Shown: positions 52,105 to 63,999, counted from the first letter of the stretch. The stretch: 64,000 nt of DNA from an uncultured Nitrospiraceae bacterium (GCA_963730935.1 CAVSTP010000002.1:896001-960000); one strand, 5' to 3'. Program-made: numbers and translations. The notes: generated from the letters alone by a model not told the origin.

Positions 52105-52404
52105 ATGCGATCAATAACACTTCTGAGAGCGATCGTCGTATTTCTTCTTCTGGCCTGTTGGATAGGCTTGGTACCTCTTGGCGAGAGGGGTCACATCCAT
52201 GCCGCTGAGCAGGCCGATTTGCTCGACATCAACACTGCCACTACTGAGCAATTGAAGGCGCTGCCCGGGATTGGCGACGCCTACGCAGAAAAGATCATCA
52301 AGGGCCGGCCGTATAGGAGCAAGGATGAGTTAGTGAAGAAGCAGATTCTTCCACGAGCGACTTACGAACAAATCAAATACAAGATCATCGCGAAGCAGAA
52401 GTGA
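52105..52404 (+). CDS. ComEA-like helix-hairpin-helix DNA-binding protein
   Basis: Signal/[28 protein letters not shown]. Confidence 0.9.
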   Translation: MRSITLLRAIVVFLLLACWIGLVPLGERGHIHAAEQADLLDINTATTEQLKALPGIGDAYAEKIIKGRPYRSKDELVKKQILPRATYEQIKYKIIAKQK

Positions 52405-52586
52405 GTCTTTTTGTCTAGATGGTCCGGGTAGAATTGGTCAGAAGATAGAGGGATTGAGCGATGGAGCGAAACGAATATGATCAGCTTGAAAGAGCTGTGG
52501 CAAACCGAGCACTCACATCAAGGGCTGGAAACGCGGGAACTATCAAGCTGGGGACATAAGGCGGGATAGGTCTGTTGGGCGAGATC

Positions 52587-53177
52587 TTAACTATTTCGTG
52601 AGGTCATTCTCACATTCCATTCACGCGCCAATTTTTGCGCCTCGGCAACCTGACTCGGACTCATTTCATCGGCCACCCGATCGCGCCATCTTTTACCTTC
52701 GTCATACCCATGTGCGGTCGCCAGGTTGTACCACATATGCGCTCGCACGAGATCATGAGGCACCCCGTGGGCTGTATGATAAAGACGACCAATCACGAAC
52801 ATCGCCCGGCCGTGACCCTGTTCAGCCGCTAGACCACACCAGCGTAGGGACTCTTGGTAATCCTGAGGCACGCCTTGCCCTCGCTCAGACAACTCGCAAA
52901 TTTTGTATTGTCCGTCCCGATTTCCCTGCATGGCAGCGAGCCGATACCAATGGGCGGCTTCCGTATAGCTCTGCGGCACTCCCATTCCCTTTTCGTATCG
53001 CAGGCCTAGATTGTATTGATCCTCGGCAGTTCCTCTCTCGGCGTTTGCGAGAAGATGTTCCGTCTCAATTGCTTGATCAGTGAGTCCATCGGATGGCACT
53101 GGCTTTCGATCCATGCATGCAATGGAGAGCATGGACAGGGCCATCACCAGACAGAAGAGCGGAACGCGCGTGGTCAT
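52587..53177 (-). CDS. Sel1-repeat lipoprotein
   Basis: SIAC lipobox-like; QYNLGLRYEKGMGVPQSYTEAAHWYRLAA repeats; start at MTTRV. Confidence 0.88.
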   Translation of the reverse strand: MTTRVPLFCLVMALSMLSIACMDRKPVPSDGLTDQAIETEHLLANAERGTAEDQYNLGLRYEKGMGVPQSYTEAAHWYRLAAMQGNRDGQYKICELSERGQGVPQDYQESLRWCGLAAEQGHGRAMFVIGRLYHTAHGVPHDLVRAHMWYNLATAHGYDEGKRWRDRVADEMSPSQVAEAQKLAREWNVRMTSRNS

Positions 53178-53604
53178 GTTCTCACCTTGTAGTGGAACCG
53201 GGCACTCTTCCGCCTCTGGGCATTCCCCTAGTTTTTGGGCCGAAGCGAAAGAGACAGTACAGTGCGGCTGAGTGAGGAGCGTGCAAAACTCCCGAGAAAC
53301 ACTGAAATAATCAAGTGTCGAGTTAGTCGGTCGATTTCTTGAATGTCGCTCACCTCGCTCCATGTCAGGATAGACGGCTGAGACCTGTAGTTGGTTACAC
53401 AACTAGGGGAGGCAGGTGAGAGAAAGATGAACGATTCGTTTGGCCCATCATGGTCCGCAGTGGTGCTGGCCCAGGCGGTGTGTACGGTCGTCAGTAACAA
53501 AAATCTGTCCGCCGATTACCAAAAAACGCTCTTCGTTCACCTCCCATAGGCAGACTTCCTTCAAACATTCCATTGCGTTATGGGCTTCTTGAAGCCCCGC
53601 ATAT

Positions 53605-53620
53605 CGGCATGACACTTGCT
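53605..53620 (+). promoter_or_regulatory. Sigma54 -24/-12 promoter of the minor pilin operon
   Basis: CGGCATGACACTTGCT, 50 nt upstream of fimT. Confidence 0.7.
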
Positions 53621-53669
53621 CCCTTCTGCGCACGGTCGGGTCCCGTGTTTCCAATGAAGCGATAACACT

Positions 53670-54131
53670 ATGCCTTCAAACCACGTACAAAATGACAGCG
53701 GCTTTACTCTCCTGGAAATTCTCATTGCCTGCAGCATCCTCGGCATTCTCACGGCGCTGGCTGTGCCCTCGTTTTCGTTATGGATCGCGCGACAGCAACT
53801 TCGTCAAGCCACCACCGAGCTGGCGGGTAACTATGCGATGGCGAGAACTGCAGCGATGAGCCGCGGATCCGGAGTCACGGTGACGACGGCAATGACCGGT
53901 GGAAAAGCCACTCTTACATTCGGGGGAAACGTCTTTAAACCCGTGACACTCAGTGAGCGCGTCACCAATATCACTGCCGCCACAGTAGGCTTCAATCCAT
54001 ACGGGGGACGTTCCGGAGGAGGCGCAGCCAACACGCTCATCGTGGTGACCCCCTCGCAGGGCCAAGCCTATTCCGTCGCAGTCAGCCCTTCGGGGAGAGT
54101 CTTTTGGTGTGCCACGTCCTCGTGCCCTTAG
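53670..54131 (+). CDS. fimT: FimT/FimU (GspH-like) minor pilin
   Basis: G/FTLLE prepilin cleavage site, ARTAAM, terminal Cys pair. Confidence 0.85.
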   Translation: MPSNHVQNDSGFTLLEILIACSILGILTALAVPSFSLWIARQQLRQATTELAGNYAMARTAAMSRGSGVTVTTAMTGGKATLTFGGNVFKPVTLSERVTNITAATVGFNPYGGRSGGGAANTLIVVTPSQGQAYSVAVSPSGRVFWCATSSCP

Positions 54132-54148
54132 CGTAGGAGGAGACTGTC

Positions 54149-54655
54149 GTGGTCGGATCCAAAATCGTGGTGCAAGATGGCGGCTTTACCATGATTGAAG
54201 GGTTGGTCGCCGGCGGAATTCTCGCGGGAGTATTGCTCGGCATCAGTGGACTGCAAACAATGGTCATGACGCAAAACGTGGATTCGAAAGAGCGCACGGT
54301 CGCGATGAATCTCGGCACCGAGATGATCGAACGTATTCAAAGCAATCGGCAGAAGGTCCTCGAGTACAACAACATCAATACCACGGCTGGCACGCCTTGC
54401 CCCCAAAGTGTCACGACGCAACGGCAGACGTACGGTGATTGCCAGCAGTGGCGGACCATGATGACCAGTTCAAACCTGAATGGCGTGAGAGGGACGGTGG
54501 TGGCGACCCGGATCGATCCTGATCCCACGACGGGTGTACCGACGCTGAATCGCATGAACGTTGTCGTCGTCGTCAGTTGGAACGTGACGGCAAAAAACAG
54601 TTTTTTCGGAACGACCGTGAGCACTACTCTGCAATCCGTCATCGCTCCTGAGTAA
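54149..54655 (+). CDS. pilV: Type IV pilus minor pilin PilV
   Basis: G/FTMIE site, EMIERIQSN, operon position. Confidence 0.85.
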   Translation: MVGSKIVVQDGGFTMIEGLVAGGILAGVLLGISGLQTMVMTQNVDSKERTVAMNLGTEMIERIQSNRQKVLEYNNINTTAGTPCPQSVTTQRQTYGDCQQWRTMMTSSNLNGVRGTVVATRIDPDPTTGVPTLNRMNVVVVVSWNVTAKNSFFGTTVSTTLQSVIAPE

Positions 54656-54665
54656 GAAGGAGATT

Positions 54666-55790
54666 GTGACCGTGACGATCGTCTCATCAGCATCAAGTCG
54701 GATCAAGGATGACACAGGGTTCACCATGATCGAGGTGATGGTTGGCGCTGTGTTGTCATTGATCGTTGTCGCAGCTGCGTTGGCGCTGCTCATGGTCAGC
54801 CAAAAGACCACGATCATCAGCGGTCAGGTGGCTGCCACGCAGCAGAATTCACGGTCTGCGATGGAACTGCTGGCTCGTGACCTTCGCTTGGCCAGTTACA
54901 GCTATGTGGGAAACGATCCCGCCGCACCAACCATTGGAACCTGCAGCGTCAGCAGCGGCGCGATGACCATTCCCGTCGGACTTCGGCCCAACGATCGGAA
55001 CCCCGCCGGTGCGGATAACGGCCCGGACGGCATTTCGATGGTCGCGCCGGTGCTCAACGATGTCGTCGCCCCGTGGGTGCTCTCAGGCAATGTTGGAGGG
55101 ACAGGGCCGGGCCCGGTTCCGTTCAACACGGTGCCTCTGTCCGCCGCCGCCGTTGCCGACATGGTTAGTCAAGGCCTGGCAGCGGGCTCGGTGATCTCGA
55201 TCAGCGGAGCCGATGCGAGACTCGTGCAGACCGTGGGTGCAACCTCCCTGACGCTTTCCACCAACTACGAAGCAAAGTTTCCCTCCGGAGCTCCAGTCTA
55301 TTTACTTCAGTGCGTCACCTACGCCATTTCGACGGCGCCGGCGGTCTGTGGCCCTGGCAGCGCGACCTGTCTGACGCGAAACGGAGTCGCGATTGTCGAC
55401 GGCGTCGAAGACATCCAATTCTCGTATGGCTGCGACGGATGTAATCCTAGTGCACCTAATCCTGGGCTGCCTGATGGGATTGTGGACCAACAGAGTGGTG
55501 GGGCGCTTTCGGCCTCCGGCCCTTCGAGCAGCGATTTTGTCACGAACAGTGCCTGGAACGTGTCACCGATGACGCCGGACAAGATCAAGCAAGTGCGTGT
55601 CACCATCGTAGCCAGACAGCTGCAGACGGACGGAGGTTTTGGCGAGGTGAGTGTGAGTGGTGTGAATACAACTGGCCCGGTGATCGTGAGCGATCACAAC
55701 CCGTCCGTAGACGCAGGCTACAACGCCACCACCTATTCGAAATTACGGCGCCGTGTGGTGACCAAAATTATTCAGCCAAGAAACCTGTAG
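54666..55790 (+). CDS. pilW: Type IV pilus minor pilin PilW
   Basis: G/FTMIE, LARDLRLA, IVDGVEDIQFSYG, VRVTIVAR, terminal PRNL. Confidence 0.9.
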   Translation: MTVTIVSSASSRIKDDTGFTMIEVMVGAVLSLIVVAAALALLMVSQKTTIISGQVAATQQNSRSAMELLARDLRLASYSYVGNDPAAPTIGTCSVSSGAMTIPVGLRPNDRNPAGADNGPDGISMVAPVLNDVVAPWVLSGNVGGTGPGPVPFNTVPLSAAAVADMVSQGLAAGSVISISGADARLVQTVGATSLTLSTNYEAKFPSGAPVYLLQCVTYAISTAPAVCGPGSATCLTRNGVAIVDGVEDIQFSYGCDGCNPSAPNPGLPDGIVDQQSGGALSASGPSSSDFVTNSAWNVSPMTPDKIKQVRVTIVARQLQTDGGFGEVSVSGVNTTGPVIVSDHNPSVDAGYNATTYSKLRRRVVTKIIQPRNL

Positions 55791-55795
55791 TCGCG

Positions 55796-56422
55796 ATGAA
55801 CATTGAAGCCAAGGATGCAAGCATGATCAGTGAGCGGGAAGGAAATCAGCGCGGTGTGGCATTGCTGACGGTCATGATCATCGCGCTGATCATGACCATT
55901 TTAGGAATCGCGGCGATCACCGTCTCAGGATTGGAAACACGGATGTCCGGCTTCGTTCGCACCAAAGAAGTGGTATCGACTGCGGCTGAGTCCTGTGAAG
56001 GCACCGCAGTCAACATCATCCAGCAGACGCTGTATTACGGCCTTATTCAGCCGGCATTTCTCGATAACGCGGTGCCGCCAGGACCGATTCCTGCCTCGAA
56101 TAGCGCCACGGTGTTCAGTGAGATCTCCGGGCAGCCGCTGCCGTCTCCTCCGGCTCCTGTCAATACGATCGCGGAGAATTATAACGATAGCGCGACCACG
56201 GCGCCCAATCTGCAGCTCACGAACATTCCGGGGTATACGGTCCGAGGAGATATCGACCGGATGTATAAGCATTTAAAAGAAGGTCAGGGCGATCTCAAGG
56301 AAATCGTGTACCGTATTACCTGCGTGGCGACGAATGTCGCAACGGGTTCGGCGAGCACCATCACATCTGTATACAAATGCACCGTGGGTGACACGTGCAT
56401 GAAACAGATCGGGAGTTCGTAG
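55796..56422 (+). CDS. pilX: Type IV pilus minor pilin PilX
   Basis: QRG/VALLT without Glu5, AAES, YRIT. Confidence 0.85.
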   Translation: MNIEAKDASMISEREGNQRGVALLTVMIIALIMTILGIAAITVSGLETRMSGFVRTKEVVSTAAESCEGTAVNIIQQTLYYGLIQPAFLDNAVPPGPIPASNSATVFSEISGQPLPSPPAPVNTIAENYNDSATTAPNLQLTNIPGYTVRGDIDRMYKHLKEGQGDLKEIVYRITCVATNVATGSASTITSVYKCTVGDTCMKQIGSS

Positions 56423-56433
56423 AAGGAGGCGTC

Positions 56434-56757
56434 ATGAGAACGGCTCGACAGGCCTTTATCGCATGCATGACCGCGATCTTTTTCACGATGATTGGCGCGA
56501 CGGTCGATGTCCGAGACCTTGGTGCGGAGATCTCGCCGGCCATGTTGGCCACGTTCAAAGCAGGCACGGTGACAAGCGTTGGCTCCACATCGATCGGGAT
56601 CAGCGGGGTCGAATACCGCATCAAGATGAATGCAGAAATTCTCGATCACAAGGGATCGGAGATGAAACTCACGGAAGTGCATGTGCGATCAGACGCCAGG
56701 TTTCATCTCACTAAAGACAGCGAAATCGACATGATGGTGGTCAGGAGGCCCCAGTAG
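56434..56757 (+). CDS. Small exported hypothetical protein in the pilin operon
   Basis: AAGGAGG RBS, N-terminal hydrophobic segment, GTVTSV...ISGVEYRI. Confidence 0.75.
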   Translation: MRTARQAFIACMTAIFFTMIGATVDVRDLGAEISPAMLATFKAGTVTSVGSTSIGISGVEYRIKMNAEILDHKGSEMKLTEVHVRSDARFHLTKDSEIDMMVVRRPQ

Positions 56758-56840
56758 TGGGGAGCAAAGAGGGGATCTTGGCCATGACGTCACAAACAGA
56801 CAACGACAAGCATGTGTCGACGAATCGGGGAGGGTGCAAC

Positions 56841-59800
56841 ATGAAACAATTACGTTCAGCCCTTGCCATCATGACGCTTGCGATACTTGGAGCATCGATG
56901 AATCCTAGCGCCGCCAGGGCGCAAGTCAATGCAGACTATACGTCCACGCCGCCGTTCATCAACGAAGTGGCGGTCCCAAACATTCTCATTGTCATGGATA
57001 ACTCCGGAAGTATGGAGAACAGGGCTTGCGAGTCCACGAGCTGCGGGATTCTGCCGAGCGGAGCTACTTCCACGGTTACGACCTTCGACGCCACGACCAG
57101 GTATAACGGCTTCGCCGATCCCCTCCGCTGCTACGTCTGGGATGGTACGGACAAACGGTTCGAGAACGGCACGGCGAAGGCAGCGCTTAACACCACGTGT
57201 GGAATTACTGAATGGGACGGAAACTTCGTCAATTGGGCGACGTTCCGGCGGTTCGATGCGGTGAAAAAGGCGATGACGGGCGGCAATTGTTGGCACCCGA
57301 CCGCTTCACCCGTCCGCAATACGGATGGAACCTGTAAGCCGTCCGGGACGCCCTCGCTGCCGACGGTCAAGGTGCAGAATACTGGAACGAACACCGAAAC
57401 CACGCCGGCCATTCCATACAGCGGAGGCACAGGCAATTTGACCTATAAGGGGCGGATTCCGACGTCTGCTCATCCTGGGAACCCCGCGAATCTCTATGTG
57501 CAAATTCAGAGCACCGGCGATTTGTGCATCGACGACGACAACAGCGGCGGCTGTCCGGATAGCGGCGGCTTCGCCGAGACCATAATTACGGGGATCGCCT
57601 TTGCCATGTACAGCGAGCCGACGGGAGTCATCCAACAGGTGGGCGCAAAGGCTCGATTCGGGCTGGCCGTCTTTAACGGCGGATCCAGCGATGACGGTAT
57701 GAAGGTCTTGACACCGATCGGTTCTCCACAGTCGATCGATTTCTCGGGAACGACCGTCGAGACCTTTAACACCAATACGGCGGCCATGATCGACTCGGTC
57801 GACGAGGCCTTTCCCGACACCTGGACGCCGCTCGCCGAGACGCTCTACGATTCCGTGCGCTATATCGCGCAAATCAATTCTGCCTACTATCCGACTTCGT
57901 ACGTCTATCCGATCGCGTTTTCTGACACTCGCTCGAAGGGAGTGGCTTATAAAGCGACCGGTATCGGATCGTTAGGGGGATCAGAAGACACGGCCTTGAC
58001 GGGTTCAGAGACTTGCCCGGCAGGCTACATCACCAGCGCCTGCGGCAGGGATCCCTATTTCTTCGGCAGCCACCATACACCGGCCTGGGCATCTACGTCA
58101 CAGGTCGTCAATTGCTGCAAGACTTTCATCGTGATTTTCACCGACGGGGAACCGACGCAGGACCAAAACATTCCCGCGTCGCTCCAAGACCTTGCCCACG
58201 CGTACCACGGCGTGCATTGCACCGGCAGCGACGGCGCGGCGCCTCCTCGGCCCATTAATAGTACATGCAATACCAATGCAGCCACGCCTTTCAATGAACT
58301 TCTGGGCGAGCACAAGACTGATTATGCGGACAACGGCAGCGGGTATCTGGACTCCGTCGCCTATTGGGCGCACACGAACGATATGCGTCCCTGCAGCGGG
58401 ACTTCCGATGCCGCCATTGCCGTGATCGGGACGACGGGCCACTGTCTTCCGGGCACCCAAAACGTCTCCGTCTATACGTTTTTCGCGTTCGGCAACATCA
58501 ATGGTCGGGGCATTCTGTCGCAGACGGCAAAAGTAGGGGCCTTTGACGACAGCAACGGCGATGGAATCCCGCAAACGGGAGAATGGGATAAGGAAAACAA
58601 TTATACCGGGTGCCGCGACGCCTGACGGCATTCCAGACGCCTATTTCGAGTCATCCAACGTTGACGATCTCCAAGACAAGCTGATGGCGACGATCTCCAG
58701 CATCATCCGGAGAAGCTCGTCCGGTGCCGCGGTTTCGGTGTTGGCGACCTCGAGCACCGGCGAAGGCGCTCTCTATCAAGCGTACTTCTACCCGAGCACG
58801 CTCGAGGAGGATACCAACAACGACGTCAAATGGATCGGATACACGCAGAGCTTATTTGTCGATACGTTCGGAAACATGCGTGAGGATACGATCCAGGACG
58901 GCAGGCAGGATTACACCAAGGATCTCATTATCAAGACGCGTCTTGGTGCTGGGAACATCGTCCTCGTCGATAAGTATCAGGATACTGATGGCAATGGTAT
59001 TGCGGATACCCCTGGCACTTGCTACGAGTGCAGCAAGCTCCTGAGCGACATCAAGCCAATCTGGGAAGCCGGGAAGCAACTGGCCGCGAAAAGTGCCAGT
59101 AGAGGACGATACTGACCTGGGTGGATAGCAACCACAATGGGATCGGCGATACCGGTGAGCAGATGGACTTTTCGACGGCCAATGCAGGGACGTTCGGACC
59201 CTATCTGCGTGCCGGAGCGGCTCCATACACCGCGAATGCGATCATTAACTTCGTTCGCGGCTGCGAGGTCTCGACCTGCGCTGATCAGACCGGTCTCCGC
59301 GACCGGAAGCTGCAAGTGCCGCCTGGTAGCCACACCCTCAAGCTCTGGAAGCTGGGAGACGTGATCGATGCGCCTCCGACGGTCGTGGCGGCGCCACGAG
59401 ATCGCTACGACATCATCGAGGGAGACCCGAGTTACACCGCGTTTTTTACCAAGTACCGCACACGTCGGCAAATGGTCTACGTCGGCGCCAATGATGGAAT
59501 GCTCCACGCGTTCAACGGCGGATACTACCATCCCGGCGACGATACGAGCGCGAGCGCGCCCGCGGGGGTGGTCGAGCACGGGTGGTTCACGACGAACCCC
59601 ACCGATAACAGCTCGCGGTGCTCCGCTCGGTGACGAGATGTGGGGCTTTGTTCCGTATGAACTGCTGCCGTATTTGCAGTGGCTGACCAGGCAGGATTAC
59701 CAGCACGTGTACTACGTCGATTTGCCGCCCGTGGTCAAAGACGTGCGGATCTTTACACCCGATGCCGACCATCCGAATGGATGGGGCACAGTGTTGATCG

Positions 59801-61186
59801 GTGGATTTCGTCTGGGAGGAAGCTGCAACGCCTGCACGGCGGCGGGCGGGGCTCCAAAGATGACGGTCAACATCAGCGGGACCAATTATGACTTCTACAG
59901 CGCGTATTTTGCGTTGGATATTACCAATCCGGAGGTCCAGCCGAAGCTGCTGTGGTCCTTCTCAAGAAGCGATCTCGGATTGACGACGAGTGTGCCCACG
60001 GTAGTCCGCGTGAATCCCGGCGGCCGATTCCATACCGATAAGACCATGGCCAAATGGTTCATGGTCGTCGGCTCAGGACCGACCGGCTACGATGGCAGAG
60101 CGGGCCAAATATCGAAGGTCTTCGTCGTCAACATGGCCACAGGCCCAACCACGGTGAAAAACGATTATTGTCGGGAACGGAACCGTCAATGGCGTTGTCG
60201 GCGACATGAAATCGTTGGATCGAGACCTCGACTACCGGACCGACGTCGTGTATTTCGGGCGAGCGATGAACAATACCTCGCCCTGGCACGGAAAGATTTA
60301 CAGGCTGACCCTGGGCTCGGCGCTTCCGTTCGGCGGAGCGACAGATCCGGACACGTGGGGCGTTGCAGGGACAGGTGCAGCAGCCCCTAACCGACAGGCA
60401 ACAGAAATACTCGACACTTTTGGCAGCCCGTTAACTGAGCTGGGCCCGGTGGTAGCGGCCCCAGCCACAGCCGTCGATGATACGTCCAAGGTATGGGTCT
60501 TCTCTGGAACTGGACGATATTATGCCGCCGCCGACAAGACGGACATGTCAACGCAATATGTGGTCGGAGTGAAGGATACGGTCATCAACGGCGCCTGCGC
60601 TCAATCGAGTACCACCAACTGTTGGGCCAATAATCTCTTGGATGTGACCGCTGCGACGATTTGCGTCGTGGGCGTGGGAAACTGCGGACAGACGTCGGGA
60701 ACAAACCAGGTGAGCGGCATCTCCGGCGTCACGACGATGGCCCAGCTCATTTCGCTCGTGGGGACGAAGGACGGATGGGTGACCAAACTCCTTCCGGCCT
60801 CAGGGCCGGGAGTCGGGGAACGAGTCTTGAGCGCGCCAACGGTCTTCGGCGGCGTCGTCTTCTTCCCGTCGTTCACGCCGACGAATGACATCTGCGCGTC
60901 CACGGGTACGAGCAGTCTCTACGCGCTCTTCTACAAGACCGGAGGCCCATACTCTGAGCCGATCATCGGGACAACGGCCGGGGCAGGTGGAGTCGCAAAC
61001 GTGAACAAGTCGACTTCGCTGGGATCCGGCATGGCGTTCGGAGCGGTTCCTTATGTCGGTTCCGGTGCGGACGGAACGAGTCCGTACAAGTTGTTCATCA
61101 ACACCAGCAGCGGCTCGTTGAGCCCACAGGAAGTCAATCTGGCTATTGATCCACGAGCACACTTCGCATCATGGATCAACATGTAA
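56841..61186 (+). CDS. pilY1: PilY1/PilC-type pilus adhesin, about four frameshifts
   Basis: vWA-like ILIVMDNSGSM, TPLAETL, FTDGEPT; LGDVIDAPP, VYVGANDGMLHAFN, EMWGFVP, GTGRY, GERVLSAPTVFGG. Confidence 0.92.
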
Positions 61187-62205
61187 TCAGATCGCCGCTG
61201 TTGGATCCCACGGATGGGGCAGAGAAGAGTCTCTTCTCTGCCCTCCGTCTCTTCTCAACGGTTTTCTTGCTCGCGCTCATATCGAGCACTCTTTCTCCTG
61301 GATGCTCACGTGAGCGGCCTGCCAACCCGTCAGCTTCTTCTCAGCCTTCAGGCGCCTTGTCTCCGCTTTCGATCATCCGGAGCGCGGCCGTGGTGCCAGA
61401 CCCGGTGTTGCGGGATTCGCCGATCGAGGTTGACATTGATGTCGATGAGGGCCGAGGCGAGGTATTGACGTACGAGTACCAGTGGTTCCTCAACCGTGTG
61501 GCCGTGCATGGGGCCACCACCGACGCATTTGACCCCGCGAACCTTCGGCGCGGCGACGTCATCCACGTCGAGATCATCGGTACCGATGAAAAGGGAGCAC
61601 GAGCGTCATATCGAACTCCAGCGGTGACGGTTGTGAACACCCCGCCTGTCATCAAGAACGTCGTGATCGAACACGACCTTCCTCACCGTCGGCTGGTGGC
61701 TAAGGTGCAGGCATCAGACGCGGACCAGGATGACATCCATTTTGTGTTTCGATGGTTACGAAATGACAAGATAGTATCGGAAGGACCGAAAGAGATATTC
61801 GAGGCGGCCAGTGTAGCCGAGAACGAGGTTGTGACCGTGGAAGTGATCCCGTACGATGGAGACGGCGCAGGCGAACCGGTGCGGGCGGCCCCCCTGGCTG
61901 GTAGCAACAATGCTCCGAATATTGTCAGTCATCCGAACGTGATGGCGAATGCGGAACTGTACGAATATGCCGTCGAAGCAAAAGATCCTGAGGGGGGCGC
62001 AGTCGTCTTTGAACTCGAAACAGGTCCGGCCGGGATGGTCATTGATAAGGCATCAGGTCGCGTGGTGTGGAAGGTGCCGCCTTCACTCAAAGGCACCCAT
62101 CACGTAAAGATTGTGGCCGCCGATGCGCAAGGTGCAAGGAGTTGGCAGGAATTTGATTTATCCATCCCCGCCTCACCGGGCAGAGAAGTAACACCCACCA
62201 GCTAG
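61171..62205 (+). CDS. Ig-like repeat protein, probable lipoprotein
   Basis: SPGC, YEYQWF, VNTPP, DADQD, NNAPNIVS, AKDPEG, GPAGMVID..SGRVVW. Confidence 0.8.
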   Translation: MDQHVIRSPLLDPTDGAEKSLFSALRLFSTVFLLALISSTLSPGCSRERPANPSASSQPSGALSPLSIIRSAAVVPDPVLRDSPIEVDIDVDEGRGEVLTYEYQWFLNRVAVHGATTDAFDPANLRRGDVIHVEIIGTDEKGARASYRTPAVTVVNTPPVIKNVVIEHDLPHRRLVAKVQASDADQDDIHFVFRWLRNDKIVSEGPKEIFEAASVAENEVVTVEVIPYDGDGAGEPVRAAPLAGSNNAPNIVSHPNVMANAELYEYAVEAKDPEGGAVVFELETGPAGMVIDKASGRVVWKVPPSLKGTHHVKIVAADAQGARSWQEFDLSIPASPGREVTPTS

Positions 62206-62257
62206 CGTCACGTAGTCGCCGCTTAAAAACGATCCTATCTCGCGGTTCAACTTTGTC

Positions 62258-63895
62258 TTAGTCCAGCTTGAGGGCTGGGCTTGGCACGGAGGACTCGCTG
62301 TCCACCGGTGGCTCGGCGGGTGGGAGGATGGGAGCACGCCGTTGAAGTTTTTCAAGCGTTTCCTGCTTGAGCTTTGTGGGCTCTTCGATGCGGTTCTCGC
62401 GCTGAAGCGCATTGAGTTCGGCAGCTTTCCGTGCGTTCAGCTCCACCATGTCCACTTCATCCCTCACAAGAGAGGGGGTCAAGAACACGAGCAGGTTAAG
62501 CTTCTCTTGCTGCCGGCTTTGGAACCGGAAGAGCCATCCCAACAGTGGAATATCGCCTAAAAACGGAATCTTGCTCTCGCTGATGGTCAAATTATCGCGG
62601 ACGAGGCCGCCGACGACGAGGGTTTGGCCATCCCTGGCAATGGTGGTCGTTTCCATGGAGCGTTTGGTTGTCGTTGGTCCAACGGGAACGGTTGCATTGC
62701 CGGTGCCGATCGTCTGGGCCACAGCTTCCGCAATGGCCGTGATCTCCTGCTTGATTTCGAGGCGAATCAGATCGTTCTCGAGGACCTGCGGAGTCAACTC
62801 CAGGGTGACGCCGACGTCTTTCCGTTCGATGGTGACGAGCGTACCGCCCGTGATACCTTGCGCCTGGCCGGTCGGAAACGGCCGGTTTTCTCCCACCACA
62901 ATCTTCGCCTTCTGATTGTCGGCTGCCAACACATGCGGTGTGGACAAAACGTTCGTGTCGGTCAAGTTCAGAAGGAGATGTAAAAACGCACGGATATTGA
63001 CGGTGTTGAGCAACGGAATCGTTCCGCCGCTCGAGGCGCCCGCGGCGATGCCGAGGATGGTCTGAGCCACAGTGGAAATGTCTTCCGGCGCACGATTAAA
63101 GCCGTAAATTCCTTGGGCGTCCCCGTTTTTTGCCGCCCCAAGTACTTGAACAGGATCCGTTCCAATTTGCCTGAGTCTGTCGACTTGGACTTCCAAAATC
63201 ACCGCCTCGACGAAGACTTGCTTCCGCCGGCTATCGAGATCCCTGATGACCGAGGCCAGCCTGCTATAGGCCATCTTAGTCGAGCTGATAATGATGGAGT
63301 TGGTCGCCTTATCGGCGAATACCTGAACCGGTGCCTCGAACTCCGTGAGCGGCCTGATCGGGGGTCGGACGCCAGGGGTCACCTGTGACACGGTCTGTGA
63401 TCTGGCGACCAAGTTCGTCAAGACCGCCGCCAAGTCGGTAGCGTTGGCGTGCTTCAGTTTATAGACGAACACGCCGCGCTCGGGCGGAAGCTCACCCATC
63501 GGGACGATCTGATACACAGGACCCCTGGGGACGACCGCCAGCCGACTCACTTCAAGCGCAGAGACGAAAAGATGATACGCCTGATCCGGCGTCACCTTCG
63601 TTGGAGAAAATACCGAGATCTTCCCGCCAGCTTTTTTAACGGTATCGTCCAACACGAAATTCTTGCCCGTCAGCTCGCTGATAAAACGAACGAAGACGGA
63701 AAGATCGACCTCGTTGAAATCTAAAGCGACCCGCCCGCCGCTATTCGGTTGGGAAAACGCAGGAGAATGGAGCAGCATTCCGGCGACCGCAGCGATCAGA
63801 CACGTCCGAAGGACCCAGATTTTTCCTAGTTGCCGGCGCCTGGGAAGGACCCGCTTGAGGCCAGCCAGGAGGCCGGCAGACGGAAGGTGTGTCAT
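62258..63895 (-). CDS. gspD: Type II secretion secretin GspD, compact form
   Basis: N0 LDFNEVDL...TGKNFV, KQVFVEAVILEV, NVLSTP, KDVGVTLELTPQ, KIPFLGDIPLLGWLF, LLVFLTP. Confidence 0.92.
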   Translation of the reverse strand: MTHLPSAGLLAGLKRVLPRRRQLGKIWVLRTCLIAAVAGMLLHSPAFSQPNSGGRVALDFNEVDLSVFVRFISELTGKNFVLDDTVKKAGGKISVFSPTKVTPDQAYHLFVSALEVSRLAVVPRGPVYQIVPMGELPPERGVFVYKLKHANATDLAAVLTNLVARSQTVSQVTPGVRPPIRPLTEFEAPVQVFADKATNSIIISSTKMAYSRLASVIRDLDSRRKQVFVEAVILEVQVDRLRQIGTDPVQVLGAAKNGDAQGIYGFNRAPEDISTVAQTILGIAAGASSGGTIPLLNTVNIRAFLHLLLNLTDTNVLSTPHVLAADNQKAKIVVGENRPFPTGQAQGITGGTLVTIERKDVGVTLELTPQVLENDLIRLEIKQEITAIAEAVAQTIGTGNATVPVGPTTTKRSMETTTIARDGQTLVVGGLVRDNLTISESKIPFLGDIPLLGWLFRFQSRQQEKLNLLVFLTPSLVRDEVDMVELNARKAAELNALQRENRIEEPTKLKQETLEKLQRRAPILPPAEPPVDSESSVPSPALKLD

Positions 63896-63983
63896 CCGTT
63901 CAGACCCGGTAGTGGGTGGAGCCAAACCATGGGGGAAACCGTACCACAAGCCTCCACAATGACACAACCAAAAGGGGGTTCCG

Positions 63984-63999
63984 GGCAGTTATGGTGCCG
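63984..63999 (-). promoter_or_regulatory. Possible sigma54 promoter for gspD
   Basis: Minus strand CGGCACCATAACTGCC; lies at the window edge. Confidence 0.35.
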
